A DNA stretch of 64,000 nt from Fervidicoccaceae archaeon (GCA_038734945.1 JAVYOA010000003.1:1-64000), one strand, 5' to 3'; positions 28,080 through 38,698 are shown, counted from the stretch's first letter. A program made the numbers and translations. Notes: a model not told the origin generated them from the sequence alone.

Positions 28080-28728
28080 CACTATCAGAGTCTATGAGCA
28101 TTTCCAATGGTGAAGAGGGGGGATTTGAGAAGCTCAATTTAATTAAGGCAAGCTCTCTTCCTCTCGTCTTCTCATTGACCCTCAAAACATAGATGGCATC
28201 ACTGTAGTACTTTAGAAGTCTCGCTTCTTTTTTCTCCATAAGAGCAATATCAATGAATATGTTCACAGTTGCACTTCTCCTGCCGGTGGTCTTAATTTTC
28301 TTGAGTAAAGCAGCCAATTTCTCCAGGAATTCCAGCTCATTTTCTCTCAAGTGAGGGATGAAAAGATAGAGATGATTTGAACTTCTATAATACAGGTCTA
28401 CTGCTCTCAGAAGCTCTTCCGTTGCCTCATATGTTCTGAAATGAATGTTTGGGGATTCGTTTATTATGAATCTGAACCTTGAAGTAAGAGGAGTTGGAAT
28501 GACTGAACTGCTTATTATGCCTTGAAAGTCATATTGAAATGTTCCAACAAATATATCCTTATCAGGTTCAAGCTCGCTTCTCGACAGAACTAAGTAGAGA
28601 AAGAGGGCCTCTGGGTTAGCAATTGGATCTACAGCATAAATGTTGAGGGAAATTGGGGGATAGTATATCCTCATTTCGCGAAGAAGCCCTATTTCTGGCT
28701 GATTGATTCTCAGCTCCTCTTCTTTCAT
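28051..28728 (-). CDS. Hypothetical protein with a KaiC/RecA-like C-terminus and no Walker A motif
   Basis: LKYYSDAIYVLRVNEKTRGRELALIK resembles the KaiC/RAD55 C-terminal strands; no GxxGxGKT. Confidence 0.55.
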   Translation of the reverse strand: MKEEELRINQPEIGLLREMRIYYPPISLNIYAVDPIANPEALFLYLVLSRSELEPDKDIFVGTFQYDFQGIISSSVIPTPLTSRFRFIINESPNIHFRTYEATEELLRAVDLYYRSSNHLYLFIPHLRENELEFLEKLAALLKKIKTTGRRSATVNIFIDIALMEKKEARLLKYYSDAIYVLRVNEKTRGRELALIKLSFSNPPSSPLEMLIDSDSVKFQIVRSF

Positions 28729-28795
28729 TTTTCAGGTCACCGATGAAGGGGTAACCAGCTTATATATTATCTCTTCCCTTTCAAGCAAATTTACC

Positions 28796-29260
28796 TCAGT
28801 CCTCTTTCTCCGTATACGGCGTTATCAGCACATCTCTATTATGAACTAAATTCAGGACTGTCTGACTTACGCTTCCTACCAGCACTCTCTCCAATATCCC
28901 CTTTTTGCTCTTTCTCCCCATAACAATGAGCTCCGCTCCCTCTTCCTCGGCAACTTTGACAATTTCATTTGCCGGAAGTCCTGTACGAAGAATGTACCTC
29001 ACTTTTTCCAATTTCAGAGAATCAATGTATCTCTTAGCCTTCTCAATTATTTTTTGGGCAATCTCTCTCTGCTTGGTAACTACTTCGGGCGGAATCGGCT
29101 CTCCATAGAATACCTCTATTGGTTCGATAACTGTCACAACAAGAAGCTCGGCATCAAATCTCTTTGCTATTTCACAGGCTCTATCAAGAGCTAGCTTAGA
29201 TGATGGGCTACCATCATATGCTAGTAGTATTTTAGAATACAAAGCTATCTCCTCTTCCAC
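28796..29260 (-). CDS. Universal stress protein
   Basis: KILLAYDGSPSS, G.PANEIV, LIVMG...LVGSVSQTV. Confidence 0.93.
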   Translation of the reverse strand: MEEEIALYSKILLAYDGSPSSKLALDRACEIAKRFDAELLVVTVIEPIEVFYGEPIPPEVVTKQREIAQKIIEKAKRYIDSLKLEKVRYILRTGLPANEIVKVAEEEGAELIVMGRKSKKGILERVLVGSVSQTVLNLVHNRDVLITPYTEKED

Positions 29261-29341
29261 TATTTTTTATAGAGATCATTTAGCTTTAGCTATCATATTA
29301 AGCTTTCCATTTTGATGAAAATTAAAAGGCTCTGTTGGAAG

Positions 29342-29761
29342 CTAATATGATTTCAAAACCATTACAGTAACTGTCGATGTTACTGTCTGTATTTCTCTGA
29401 TTTTATCAACTGCATCGTTCAAAACTTCCACAGTTGGTGCTGAGACGAGAGCCACTAGGTCATAATCTCCAGCTACTTCATAGACTTTATCAACATAGGG
29501 AAGTTTAGAGATGATATCTGCTGTTTCAGCTGTTCTAACCTTAGCTGTTGTTTTGATGAATATGAGCGCTTTAACTTCTGCCCTCGCACTTAGCTCTATT
29601 GTGAATTTAGAAATTATGCCTTCTCTCACAAGTCTATCTATCCTCTTCTTTACAGCAGTCTTGCTTATACCAAGTTCCTTTGCAATGCTGCTTAGAGAGG
29701 CTCTTGCATTCGCTCTCAATATCTTGATGATTTTATCATCAACTTCGTCCAAATCATTCAA
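29342..29761 (-). CDS. Lrp/AsnC family transcriptional regulator
   Basis: LDEVDDKIIKILRANARAS..IAKELGIS..AV..RI, VYEVAGDYD. Confidence 0.93.
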   Translation of the reverse strand: MNDLDEVDDKIIKILRANARASLSSIAKELGISKTAVKKRIDRLVREGIISKFTIELSARAEVKALIFIKTTAKVRTAETADIISKLPYVDKVYEVAGDYDLVALVSAPTVEVLNDAVDKIREIQTVTSTVTVMVLKSY

Positions 29762-29867
29762 GAAATCTCCCCCTCTTAAAGAGTTTTTGAGAAGTAAGCT
29801 TTATTTATTTGGTATGCATTCGAATACACTTGGGGAATAAATAACCAATCCAAGGGTTGCTAATCAG

Positions 29868-30182
29868 ATGGCGGAAAAAGATATTGAATCCCTATGTGGA
29901 GGTCTTCCTCCAGAGCTTTGTGAGCAGCTTGTTAGGGAGCAGCAGCTTATAAAGATTAGGCTCGAAAAAAGAAAGTTCGGCAAGGAAGTCACGATAATAG
30001 AGGGAATAGATGAGAGAGATGTTGATATCAAGAAGCTGGCATCTCAGCTCAAATCAAAGCTTGCCACAGGGGGAACGGTAAAAAATGGAAAAATTGAGCT
30101 CCAGGGAGATCATAGAGGAGTACTTAGAGATTTGCTAGTAGAACTAGGCTTCCCCCCAGACAATATAGTTGTACTGAGCTAG
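29868..30182 (+). CDS. Translation initiation factor aIF-1 (SUI1)
   Basis: [43 protein letters not shown]. Confidence 0.95.
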   Translation: MAEKDIESLCGGLPPELCEQLVREQQLIKIRLEKRKFGKEVTIIEGIDERDVDIKKLASQLKSKLATGGTVKNGKIELQGDHRGVLRDLLVELGFPPDNIVVLS

Positions 30183-30214
30183 AGACAGCAGTGCTTCCAA
30201 TATTGAGCTGCTTA

Positions 30215-30252
30215 AGAAAAATTTATAAAGGAGAAAGAGAAAAATTTATAAA
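30215..30252 (+). promoter_or_regulatory. Tandem BRE-TATA elements upstream of tfb
   Basis: Perfect 15-bp direct repeat AGAAAAATTTATAAA at 30215-30229 and 30238-30252. Confidence 0.6.
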
Positions 30253-30311
30253 CGATTTTTTAATTTCAATTAAAAAATAAATCGCCGGGCTTCTACCGGT
30301 GAAGCAATAGC

Positions 30312-31271
30312 ATGTCTGAAAAAACTTCTAAGGAATCCAGCGAAGAATCAAAGAAGGAATCCAAGAAGGAAGAGCTTCCTTGTCCACCAGAAGCGATTGT
30401 ATTTGACCAGGAGCGGGGAGAGTACATCTGTACTACCACTGGAGAAGTTCTAGAGGAAAAGCTAGTTAATCAGGGTCCAGAGTGGAGGGCCTTTACACCT
30501 GAGGAAAAGGAAAAAAGGGCCAGAATAGGTGGTCCTCTTTCTCCCACTGTCCATGATAGAGGATTGACCACACTCATTGATTGGAGGGATAGAGACGCCA
30601 GCGGAAAGAAGCTTGAACCTAAAAAGAGACTGGAGTTTCTAAGATATAGAAAGTGGCAGATTAGGAGCAGGATTCAGTCTAGCATTGATAGAAACCTTGC
30701 CCAAGCTATGAACGAGCTGAACAGAATCTCCAATCAGCTTCACCTCAATAGAGCTGTCAGAGAGGAAGCGGCAATAATTTACAGAAAGGCAGTTGAGAAA
30801 GGTCTCGTGCGTGGAAGAAGCATTGAAAGTGTTGTTGCTGCATCTGTTTATGTTGCCTGTAGGCTCAAAAAGCTCCCCAGAACGCTTGATGAAATAGCGC
30901 AACACACGAGAGCTAACAGAAAGGAAATAGCTAGGTGCTACAGACTTCTGGTAAAGGAGCTGCAAATAAAGGTTCCAATAGTTGATCCTATAGATTATAT
31001 TCCTAGGATGGGGAGTCTTTTAGATCTGAGCGGAAAGGCAATGAATATAGCAGCGAAGATAGTGAAGGCAGCTAAGCAAAAAGCCTTAACAGCAGGAAAA
31101 GATCCAACTGGGCTGGCGGCTGCAGCAATTTACATAGCAACGTTGCTGGAAAATGAGAGAAGAACTCAGAAAGAAATAGCAAACATAGCTGGAGTCACGG
31201 AAGTAACTGTGAGGAATAGGTATAAAGAGCTCGTAAGTGAGCTGGACCTAGATATTCCTGAAGAAGAGTAA
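30312..31271 (+). CDS. tfb: Transcription initiation factor IIB
   Basis: GPEWRAF, HDRGLTT, two cyclin repeats ([20 protein letters not shown]), [13 protein letters not shown]. Confidence 0.97.
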   Translation: MSEKTSKESSEESKKESKKEELPCPPEAIVFDQERGEYICTTTGEVLEEKLVNQGPEWRAFTPEEKEKRARIGGPLSPTVHDRGLTTLIDWRDRDASGKKLEPKKRLEFLRYRKWQIRSRIQSSIDRNLAQAMNELNRISNQLHLNRAVREEAAIIYRKAVEKGLVRGRSIESVVAASVYVACRLKKLPRTLDEIAQHTRANRKEIARCYRLLVKELQIKVPIVDPIDYIPRMGSLLDLSGKAMNIAAKIVKAAKQKALTAGKDPTGLAAAAIYIATLLENERRTQKEIANIAGVTEVTVRNRYKELVSELDLDIPEEE

Positions 31272-31330
31272 AAGAGTTTTTTAAAAACAATGCTTTTTAC
31301 AAAAAAGAAAAAAAGTCAATTTGAGAGTAT

Positions 31331-32770
31331 TTATTTTGTTTTCTTTTCTGGTAGAGCATATGTTTTGAAAGCCAGCGAGAGTATTGAGTACAGCAGCAGT
31401 GAAATGAAGAAGCCATAGTACCAAGCTAGCTCTTCTCCAGGAACTGGTATTCCATAATAGAACTGAAGCGTTCCTCTAGCCCATGAGATGATGTACTCTC
31501 CCAAAATGCCTAGCAAGAATGAACCTACTCCCATCCAGTTTATACCAGAGCTGTACCAGTACTTACCTTGCGGGCCTATATTATAGAGCTCATCCAGTAG
31601 GTACTCCCTTTTCCTTATGACCCAAAAGTCAATTACCATGATTCCAGCGATGGGACCCAGCCACATGCTATAGTACCAATTGAAGTTTGTTAGATAGTTG
31701 GCAACATCGAGGGACTGCTTCCAGTAGACTATACTGTATGGTCCTATGACAAGCCATCCAAGAACGGTTGCAATAGTGAGAGATTTAACCCACCCCAGTC
31801 TTGTTAATCTGATTATTGCGTTAGTTGCTGCAGGAACATCTCCAGTGAGGTTTGTGCTAGCTGTTGCCATAAAAGCAAAAACTAGGCCAAAGAAGGCAAC
31901 TCCAGCAGAGGGTGTATATTTTGCTATAATGTCAATAGGACTATAGGTTCCTCCAGTTAGCGTGGTAGCTATGAATCCGAGAGCTGTTCCAACGACCTGT
32001 GGAGCTATTAATCCTAGAATATGCCCAGAGATCAGGCTCTTGGTTCCCTTGTTCCATCTGCATATGTCACTCACGTTCAATGCTATGGTTCCCCACCAGG
32101 CCGTTTGCACAGCAACTGCCAGGAAGAAGCTATTGCTTATCCAGGGGACTCCACCCTGAGTCCATGAGGGCATCTTTCCTGGCAGGTTTGGAAGACCAGC
32201 CATGTAGTAAGTGAACCATGCAAAGAATATGAGGAGTAGGGGTCCTGCCAGCGTATCAAAGTACTTTATTCCTGTGATCCTGAAATAACCGAAGGTCCAA
32301 ACAAGCAGCAAGTAGAATATGAACGTATACGGCGTGTAGAGTAGTCCATTGGCAATAATCCAGTCCGATGGCTTCCCCAAGAGTACTAAGATCATCTCCG
32401 TCATTGCCCAAGCAGCTATGTAGCCGTCAACGCCATACCAGAATATGCTCACGATGGCTCTAACGAGCATTGGGAGTATGGAACCTCTGTAGCCGAATGC
32501 TGGTCGAAGCTGAACCGGGAATGGTATTCCATATTTGATTCCAACATATCCGTTGAAGTACATAACTAATGCTATAACGGTGTTTCCAATGAAGGCTGCT
32601 ACTACTGTCTGCAGTAAATTAAGTCCAAGGATCTGGCTAATCCATCCTAGAAAGAATATGGATGTTGTTATTGCCATAGAGAGTATCATTAGAACGTACT
32701 GCCATCCTGTAGTGCTCCTCTTGTCAGATGGGATTGGAAGAAGGTCGGGATGGTCTTTGTAACTACTCAT
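31331..32770 (-). CDS. NCS1 family nucleobase:cation symporter
   Basis: GIKYGIPFPVQLRPAFG..GS, WYG, LGPIAGIMVIDFW, YWY..G.NW; about 12 transmembrane segments. Confidence 0.9.
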   Translation of the reverse strand: MSSYKDHPDLLPIPSDKRSTTGWQYVLMILSMAITTSIFFLGWISQILGLNLLQTVVAAFIGNTVIALVMYFNGYVGIKYGIPFPVQLRPAFGYRGSILPMLVRAIVSIFWYGVDGYIAAWAMTEMILVLLGKPSDWIIANGLLYTPYTFIFYLLLVWTFGYFRITGIKYFDTLAGPLLLIFFAWFTYYMAGLPNLPGKMPSWTQGGVPWISNSFFLAVAVQTAWWGTIALNVSDICRWNKGTKSLISGHILGLIAPQVVGTALGFIATTLTGGTYSPIDIIAKYTPSAGVAFFGLVFAFMATASTNLTGDVPAATNAIIRLTRLGWVKSLTIATVLGWLVIGPYSIVYWKQSLDVANYLTNFNWYYSMWLGPIAGIMVIDFWVIRKREYLLDELYNIGPQGKYWYSSGINWMGVGSFLLGILGEYIISWARGTLQFYYGIPVPGEELAWYYGFFISLLLYSILSLAFKTYALPEKKTK

Positions 32771-32920
32771 TAAACCACCTTTTCATTTTAATTGTTATTT
32801 GTTAAAATTATATTAAAATTTTTCTTCAATAATATTTAAATTTTTATGTGCTAGTTAGAGATGATATTCAAGTTAAAAGCAATTTTTTAAAAGGGGAAAA
32901 GATTCTTATTATAAGTGTGC

Positions 32921-32997
32921 GGGGCCGTAGTCTAGCTTGGTAGGATGCGAGGCTTGGGCCCTCGTGGTCCGGGGTTCAAATCCCCGCGGCCCCACCA
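32921..32997 (+). tRNA. tRNA-Pro(TGG), intronless, CCA encoded
   Basis: GGGGCCG/CGGCCCC acceptor stem, CGAGG-CT-TGG-GC-CCTCG anticodon arm, GGTTCAAATCC T loop, ACCA end; TTTTAAA box at about 32885. Confidence 0.97.
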
Positions 32998-33155
32998 CGA
33001 TGTTTTCCTTCATGCTCAAATCCAAGGCATTCTCTATACAATTTCCGAAGAAGCAATGGACTTAGCTTTATTTTTCCTAGAGAAAAACAATTATTAAGTA
33101 TAATGTAAGTTCTTCCATATGACCTTGGAGAAAGGAGGTAAAAGAGGTATCTGCA

Positions 33156-34250
33156 ATGAGCTTCCAGATTTCTAAGGAGCAGCTGAGGGCTTTGCTCAAG
33201 GAGCTGAAGCAGTGGAGGGCGCCTGCAACAACACTGCTTTCCTTGTATATTCCCCCAGGGAGGCCCGTTAGCGATGTTGTCAACATGCTGAGAACCGAAC
33301 TGAGTATAACCGATAACATTAAGCTAAAGCGAACGAAGGATGCCGTCCAAACATCCTTGAGCATGGCTATAGACAGGCTTTCAAGCATTTCCAAAATCCC
33401 TGAGAACGGGTTAGTTCTATTCTGTGGAGTCAACTCGGATACGGGAAAGCAGATATGCATGATGTTTTCCCCTCCTGAGACTGTTAAGATCTATTACTAC
33501 AGAACAGATAAGTGGTTCCACACAGAGTTTCTCGAGGAAATGGTTTCCGAGAAGAACTATTATGGGCTAATAATAATTGAGAGGGATGAAGCAACAATAG
33601 GGCTTCTGAAGGGAACTACTATAGAGCTTCTCGACAACCTCATGAGCTATATTCCGGGAAAGCATACAAAAGGAGGGCAGAGCCAAAGGAGGTTCGATAG
33701 GATAATTGAGCAGATGGTTGAGGACTTCTACAAGACTGTGGCTGAGAGGGTCAAGCAGCTCTTTGAACCAATCCTTCTTGAGGGAAAGTTAAAGGGAATA
33801 CTGATTGGCGGCCCGGGCTATAGTAAGCAAGACTTTGTGAATGGGGAGTATCTTGAGAAGCGGTTCAGAGATCTGGTCATTAATAAGCTTATAGACGTTG
33901 GTTACCAGAATGAAGCGGGATTGAGAGAGCTGGTGATAAAGGCCTCTGATGTTCTTCAGGACCACAGATATTCAGATGCATTCAAGAGGGTTGAGGAATT
34001 GAAAACTCATATGGCTAAGGCAGATGGACTGGCCATTTTTGGCTATGATGAGGTTAAACAGGCTGCTGATATTGGAGCTCTTCAGGTCTTGCTTGTTGTG
34101 GAGGATCACCCCCTCATTGACGAATTGGAAGCTCTAGCAAAGAAGTCTGGTGCAGAATTGGTAGTTGTTCCCCTGAATTCTCCGGAGGGGGAATGGCTCC
34201 AGAGCTCCTTTGAAGGAATTGCAGGCATAGTGCGCTACAAGATATTCTAG
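33156..34250 (+). CDS. prf1: Peptide chain release factor aRF1
   Basis: LLSLYIPPGR, DNIKLK, KHTKGGQSQRRF, GGPG, FEGIAGIVRY. Confidence 0.96.
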   Translation: MSFQISKEQLRALLKELKQWRAPATTLLSLYIPPGRPVSDVVNMLRTELSITDNIKLKRTKDAVQTSLSMAIDRLSSISKIPENGLVLFCGVNSDTGKQICMMFSPPETVKIYYYRTDKWFHTEFLEEMVSEKNYYGLIIIERDEATIGLLKGTTIELLDNLMSYIPGKHTKGGQSQRRFDRIIEQMVEDFYKTVAERVKQLFEPILLEGKLKGILIGGPGYSKQDFVNGEYLEKRFRDLVINKLIDVGYQNEAGLRELVIKASDVLQDHRYSDAFKRVEELKTHMAKADGLAIFGYDEVKQAADIGALQVLLVVEDHPLIDELEALAKKSGAELVVVPLNSPEGEWLQSSFEGIAGIVRYKIF

Positions 34251-34353
34251 TCTCTCTTCAGAGGCTCTGGGATCGTGTGAAATGAATAAAAAGGTCCTTT
34301 GCTAATTTATTACACGAATAGAGCAGCTCATTATTTCAATGCGCTGATGCAGG

Positions 34354-35595
34354 ATGTCCAATAGAACCTCCATATGTGTTCTGTGCAAGGGCAATAAGGG
34401 TCTCTGCGGACTTAGAGAATGCCCTCTGCTAACAAGAACAAGGAGTATGTTCAAGATATATAGCAGAATAGTTAATGACTTGGACATAAGCGGTATGACG
34501 CCTCCCAGTGCAGTTGTTGGGGAAAAAGGCTATCCAGAGGTTCCACTTTTATTCAATATTGCAGAAGCTGTGGAGAAGGAGAAAGCCTCCATCTATGATG
34601 ATCCTAAAGCATGGCACGGAAAACTTGGCCTAAAGGAAATAGTTGAGCTGAGGACTTCAATGATCAGCGGTCTATTGAGAGTCCCAGTATTTGACCCATG
34701 GAGGCTGTATGAAAAAGAAATCTCTCTTGCACTCGTCAGCACTACACCAGTTGATAGCGAAGCTTTCTTGAAGAAGCCTCCCAGGCTAGATCTCTCTTTT
34801 GACAGCGTTCTGAGACCAGTGGGTCTCATATCCCCCCTGCAGAGGCTCATAATTGAGGGGTCTCCTAAAATTCACAGAAGCCTGGAGAAAATGATTTGGG
34901 ATGATGTCCTGGCAAGGAATGCAGTCATAGAGCTCTATATTAGCGGAATAGATGTATATGTGCTCGAGAGGGCACTGAGCCTAGGTTTGCTCGGTATGAA
35001 GAAAGGAAGAAAGCTTGTCCCAACTAGATGGGCAATAACTGCTATAGATGACATAATAAGCGACTTTTTGAGGGATAAAGTTCAACAGTTTGAGGAGCTA
35101 AGTCAACCTGAAGTATACTATGGAGAATATCTCTACAATAAGTTTACTATTGTTCTCCTTCCGGGCACTTATGAGGGCATTTGGATAGAAGTGTGGCATC
35201 CTCGTAGCATATGGGCAATGGGCTCAAGAGCTCCGGAGATAGCAATAGTTAGAGAGGGGGTAAAGGGAAAGCCAAGACCTCCCGATGGTGGCTTCTCTGC
35301 AGCAAGATTGGCTGTTCTGGAGCACCTATTCAATGAGAGGAGAAACGCAAAATTCATAATATTAAGGGAGGTTATGCCTCAATACAGCGTTCCTCTGGGG
35401 AACTGGCACATAAGAGAGACTGTTAGGTCTGCTCTCCGCTCGCCTCCCTTGAAAGTCAATAGCATTGACGAGATTTTCGATCTGCTGGAGATGAGAGCTA
35501 GTTCGAGGGAGGCTATAGAGCTATTCAGAGATGCTTTAAATAGGATTATTAGCCAGAAGAGTATTCTTCAGTACCTAAACTGGGGAAAAGAATAG
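34354..35595 (+). CDS. Nre family DNA repair protein
   Basis: CVLCKG.KGLCG..CP, PPSAVVGEKGYP, KLVPTRWAITAIDD, GNWHIRE, C-terminal PIP-like QKSILQYL. Confidence 0.92.
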   Translation: MSNRTSICVLCKGNKGLCGLRECPLLTRTRSMFKIYSRIVNDLDISGMTPPSAVVGEKGYPEVPLLFNIAEAVEKEKASIYDDPKAWHGKLGLKEIVELRTSMISGLLRVPVFDPWRLYEKEISLALVSTTPVDSEAFLKKPPRLDLSFDSVLRPVGLISPLQRLIIEGSPKIHRSLEKMIWDDVLARNAVIELYISGIDVYVLERALSLGLLGMKKGRKLVPTRWAITAIDDIISDFLRDKVQQFEELSQPEVYYGEYLYNKFTIVLLPGTYEGIWIEVWHPRSIWAMGSRAPEIAIVREGVKGKPRPPDGGFSAARLAVLEHLFNERRNAKFIILREVMPQYSVPLGNWHIRETVRSALRSPPLKVNSIDEIFDLLEMRASSREAIELFRDALNRIISQKSILQYLNWGKE

Positions 35596-35610
35596 ATAGC
35601 GTGAAGGAAA

Positions 35611-36162
35611 ATGTTTGCAGGAATCATATATAGACTGAATGAGAAGGAAGGATATTCCTTGGCAGTTGGTGCTGCCGCCGTTGTTTTGGCGCTTGTTGGT
35701 AAATTCTCTTATCTTGGAATAATTTCTGTCCTTATAGGATTCTTTATGCACGAGATGGCACACAGGTTCTTTGCTAGAAGAGCTATGTGCAGCAGCAGGT
35801 TTGTTCTTGATCCTTTGGGTTTAGCTATAACACTGATATCATCTATCCTTCCCCTTGCATTTCTTGCGCCAGGATATGTTGGAATTTATTGCTATGGGAA
35901 TGTTCTGAGAAGAGGGGATATGCTAAAAATAAGCTCTGGAGGTATAGCAACTAACTTAGCTCTTTCTATTATTGGAGCGATTCTCTATCCTATTTCTCCT
36001 GCCTTTTTCTCGACATTCTCAGTGATAAATGCTTGGTTTGCTCTATTCAATTTGATACCGTTCGGTCCATTTGATGGTGCCAAGATCTTCAAGATAAGTA
36101 AGCTGATCTGGATTATTATGTTTATTTTGTCTCTTTCCCTCTACCTATACTGGATAATCTGA
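35611..36162 (+). CDS. Site-2 protease (M50) family membrane metalloprotease
   Basis: HEMAH, APG.V, FNLIPFGPFDG. Confidence 0.88.
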   Translation: MFAGIIYRLNEKEGYSLAVGAAAVVLALVGKFSYLGIISVLIGFFMHEMAHRFFARRAMCSSRFVLDPLGLAITLISSILPLAFLAPGYVGIYCYGNVLRRGDMLKISSGGIATNLALSIIGAILYPISPAFFSTFSVINAWFALFNLIPFGPFDGAKIFKISKLIWIIMFILSLSLYLYWII

Positions 36163-36268
36163 TATTCCTCTGATCATAAATTGGTGAGGATTCCAGCTGT
36201 AGGGCTCTGACATACAAGCGGCTAATCTATATAAGAGGAGAAAGAAAAAGAGAAAAGCGGTGCACAAT

Positions 36269-36598
36269 TTGACTGAGAAGGTCAGAAAGATAGCTGTTTT
36301 TGAGGGAAAAGCCAGAATTGGAGAGATCATGGGAGGGCTGACAAATATACAGCTGAGACCTGAAGACTTCTCCAGTCCTGTCGCTCTCCAGATGGCCTTT
36401 TCAAGAATATATGAAGGTGTGATAAAGGCTCTAGAGGAGGGGCCCAAGAAGAGGTTTGTAGCAGAGGTTAAAATGACTGATTCTCTTGGTAATCAGATTG
36501 TCATGGGCATTGATCTTGGAGAGGCTCCACCTCCATTTAGCAAAAGCGAAGTGAAAGCAAGAATTACAGTTGAACTCTTTGAGGAAGAGGAGGAATAG
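36269..36598 (+). CDS. Hypothetical protein
   Basis: 110-aa ORF with GGTG RBS, upstream TATA (CTATATAA) and an acidic C-terminus. Confidence 0.8.
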   Translation: MTEKVRKIAVFEGKARIGEIMGGLTNIQLRPEDFSSPVALQMAFSRIYEGVIKALEEGPKKRFVAEVKMTDSLGNQIVMGIDLGEAPPPFSKSEVKARITVELFEEEEE

Positions 36599-36643
36599 CA
36601 CCACAGTATCTTTGATAAGGATATCACATTAGCTGGACTGCGG

Positions 36644-37030
36644 GTGGGCAGAACGAGACTTCCAAAAAGCTACATTCTATATGATAAAGCATTGGAAGAA
36701 TATGGAGCACTCATTGAGAGAGTGAAGAAAGAGGGAAAAACCCATTTTAGCGAGATCATCGTAACTTGTGAGCCTGTTTCAGTAGTCGGCACAATTTTCA
36801 TTAAGAACTCTCAAGTTATCTCTCACGTTGAACTTGTGGCGGGATCCAACTCTATACTACTGCCTCCACCTCCCCTGGCTGAAAGCTACGTAGTTTTGGA
36901 AGCTGATGGTTGGGGAGAGGCTATAAAAATTGATATTCAAAATGTGAGGGATCCTTCTTCGAGGATTCTCGATGTCCTCTCCGCACTGGAGTCTGGTGCT
37001 TTCAGCTGCAAGGAAAAGGGGAGAGAATAA
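36644..37030 (+). CDS. Hypothetical protein
   Basis: 128-aa ORF; its stop overlaps the next ATG (TAATG). Confidence 0.65.
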   Translation: MGRTRLPKSYILYDKALEEYGALIERVKKEGKTHFSEIIVTCEPVSVVGTIFIKNSQVISHVELVAGSNSILLPPPPLAESYVVLEADGWGEAIKIDIQNVRDPSSRILDVLSALESGAFSCKEKGRE

Positions 37031-37329
37031 TGAGATGGCCAAAAAAGAGAGAGCTCTTGGCCTTCTATTTTCTCTCGAAGGAAATGCAAGAGAAGGAGGT
37101 TTCTGCCTTTGAAATTGCAAGTGCTCTCAAAACGGAGCTCTGCTTATCCATGGCAACTTCGAGGAGAATAGTGAAGAGGCTGCTATCTCTTGGAATGCTT
37201 GAAAGAGGCTCTGAAGGAAGGCTGAAAGTGAGGAAGATGGAAGATTACTTTGAAAAAGCTTACAGCAAATATAAGGAAGATAGGTGCAGAAGAAAGAAGC
37301 GTATGGGTAAGATAGAGAGAGGGAAGTGA
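37030..37329 (+). CDS. Small basic winged-HTH-like protein
   Basis: EIASALKTELCLSMATSRRIVKRLLSLGMLER pattern. Confidence 0.65.
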   Translation: MRWPKKRELLAFYFLSKEMQEKEVSAFEIASALKTELCLSMATSRRIVKRLLSLGMLERGSEGRLKVRKMEDYFEKAYSKYKEDRCRRKKRMGKIERGK

Positions 37330-37407
37330 ACTTATCTTCTTCACATTAAAAATAAAATTTTAGAGTAAAAACCATTATATTGTTTTCAAAATATTTTGAA
37401 TTGAATT

Positions 37408-38691
37408 ATGGTGATGAGATTGACATTTGATGTGGACAGAGTCAGAGAGGATTTTCCTATATTAAACAGAAAAATAAATGGACGACAGCTGATATACTTT
37501 GACAATGCAGCTACAACCCAGAGGCCAAAGCAGGTAGTAGAGGCTATAGCAAGATTCTACCTTCATAGCAATGCTAATGTCCATAGGGGAATGCATGCTC
37601 TTTCTCAGGAAGCTAGCCAGATGTTCGAGGAAGCTCATGAGACTGTTGCTAAATTTATCAATGCAGATTCATGGCAAGAAATAGTTTTGACATTGAACAC
37701 GACAGATTCCATAAACTTGGTTGCTTGGGGATGGGGGCTGAAAAATCTATCTCCAGGCGATGAAATATTGCTAACAGTTATGGATCATCACAGCAATATG
37801 CTGCCCTGGAGAATTGTTGCTAGCAAACTTGGTGCAGTTGTGAAGTATGTTGATATAGATGATGAGGGAAGAATTAACTATGATGACCTCGAAGAGAAGC
37901 TCAATGAGAGGACTAAGATAGTTGCCTTCCCTATGGCGAGCAATGTTGTGGGAACAATTAATGATATTAGAAGAATATCGAGGCTTGCTCACTCAGTTGG
38001 AGCGATAGTTGTTGGAGATGGTGCCCAATATGTTCCACATGTACCAACAGATGTTAGGAGCCTAGAGCTTGACTTCATGGCATTCAGTGGGCATAAAATG
38101 CTAGGCCCCATGGGAGTAGGAATTCTATGGGGAAGGAGAGATGTGCTTGAGGAACTCATGCCATTCAGGGTTGGAGGAGAGACTATTGAGGATGTGACTC
38201 TGGAGAGCATCAAGTGGCAACCCCTTCCCTGGAGGCTAGAAGCTGGAACTCCGAATGTTGCAGGGATGATAGGACTGGCTGAGGCAGTGAAGTATTTGAG
38301 TAGAATTGGAATGGAGAATGTGAGAAAACATGACATTGAGCTAACCGACAGGGCTCTTAGATTATTGATGGAGCTTGGAGAGGAAGTCTCAATTCTTGGT
38401 CCAAAGAGAGCGGAAGAGAGAACGGGATTAATAGCATTCAATATAAAGGGACTGCATTATCACACTGTTGCAAAGGCTCTGGATATCTTTGGAATCGCTG
38501 TTAGGAGTGGAGGACATTGTGCCCATCCGCTCCATTATAGGCTCGGAACGAGGGGAAGCGTAAGGGCAAGTTTCTACATATACAATACAGTTCAGGAGGT
38601 CAATGCCTTCTATGAAGCTCTGAAAGCCATATTATCGCTGAGAGAGAGGCTTTCTTCTGAGCCTGTAGAAGAGGTTTGCACGGGCACTTGA
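37408..38691 (+). CDS. sufS: Cysteine desulfurase, SufS type
   Basis: YFDNAATTQRP, ANVHRG, DGAQ, FSGHKMLGP.G, EAGTP, RSGGHCAHP, RASFYIYNT. Confidence 0.93.
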   Translation: MVMRLTFDVDRVREDFPILNRKINGRQLIYFDNAATTQRPKQVVEAIARFYLHSNANVHRGMHALSQEASQMFEEAHETVAKFINADSWQEIVLTLNTTDSINLVAWGWGLKNLSPGDEILLTVMDHHSNMLPWRIVASKLGAVVKYVDIDDEGRINYDDLEEKLNERTKIVAFPMASNVVGTINDIRRISRLAHSVGAIVVGDGAQYVPHVPTDVRSLELDFMAFSGHKMLGPMGVGILWGRRDVLEELMPFRVGGETIEDVTLESIKWQPLPWRLEAGTPNVAGMIGLAEAVKYLSRIGMENVRKHDIELTDRALRLLMELGEEVSILGPKRAEERTGLIAFNIKGLHYHTVAKALDIFGIAVRSGGHCAHPLHYRLGTRGSVRASFYIYNTVQEVNAFYEALKAILSLRERLSSEPVEEVCTGT

Positions 38692-38698
38692 GGCAGCA

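Noticed and set aside
36183..36210. GTGAGGA...CTGA, possible C/D half
   Set aside because: Only one box pair, a 16-nt spacer, no terminal stem and no recognisable target.
36269..36598. Possible arcadin-1
   Set aside because: Similar size and acidic tail only; no convincing motif match and no crenactin gene nearby.
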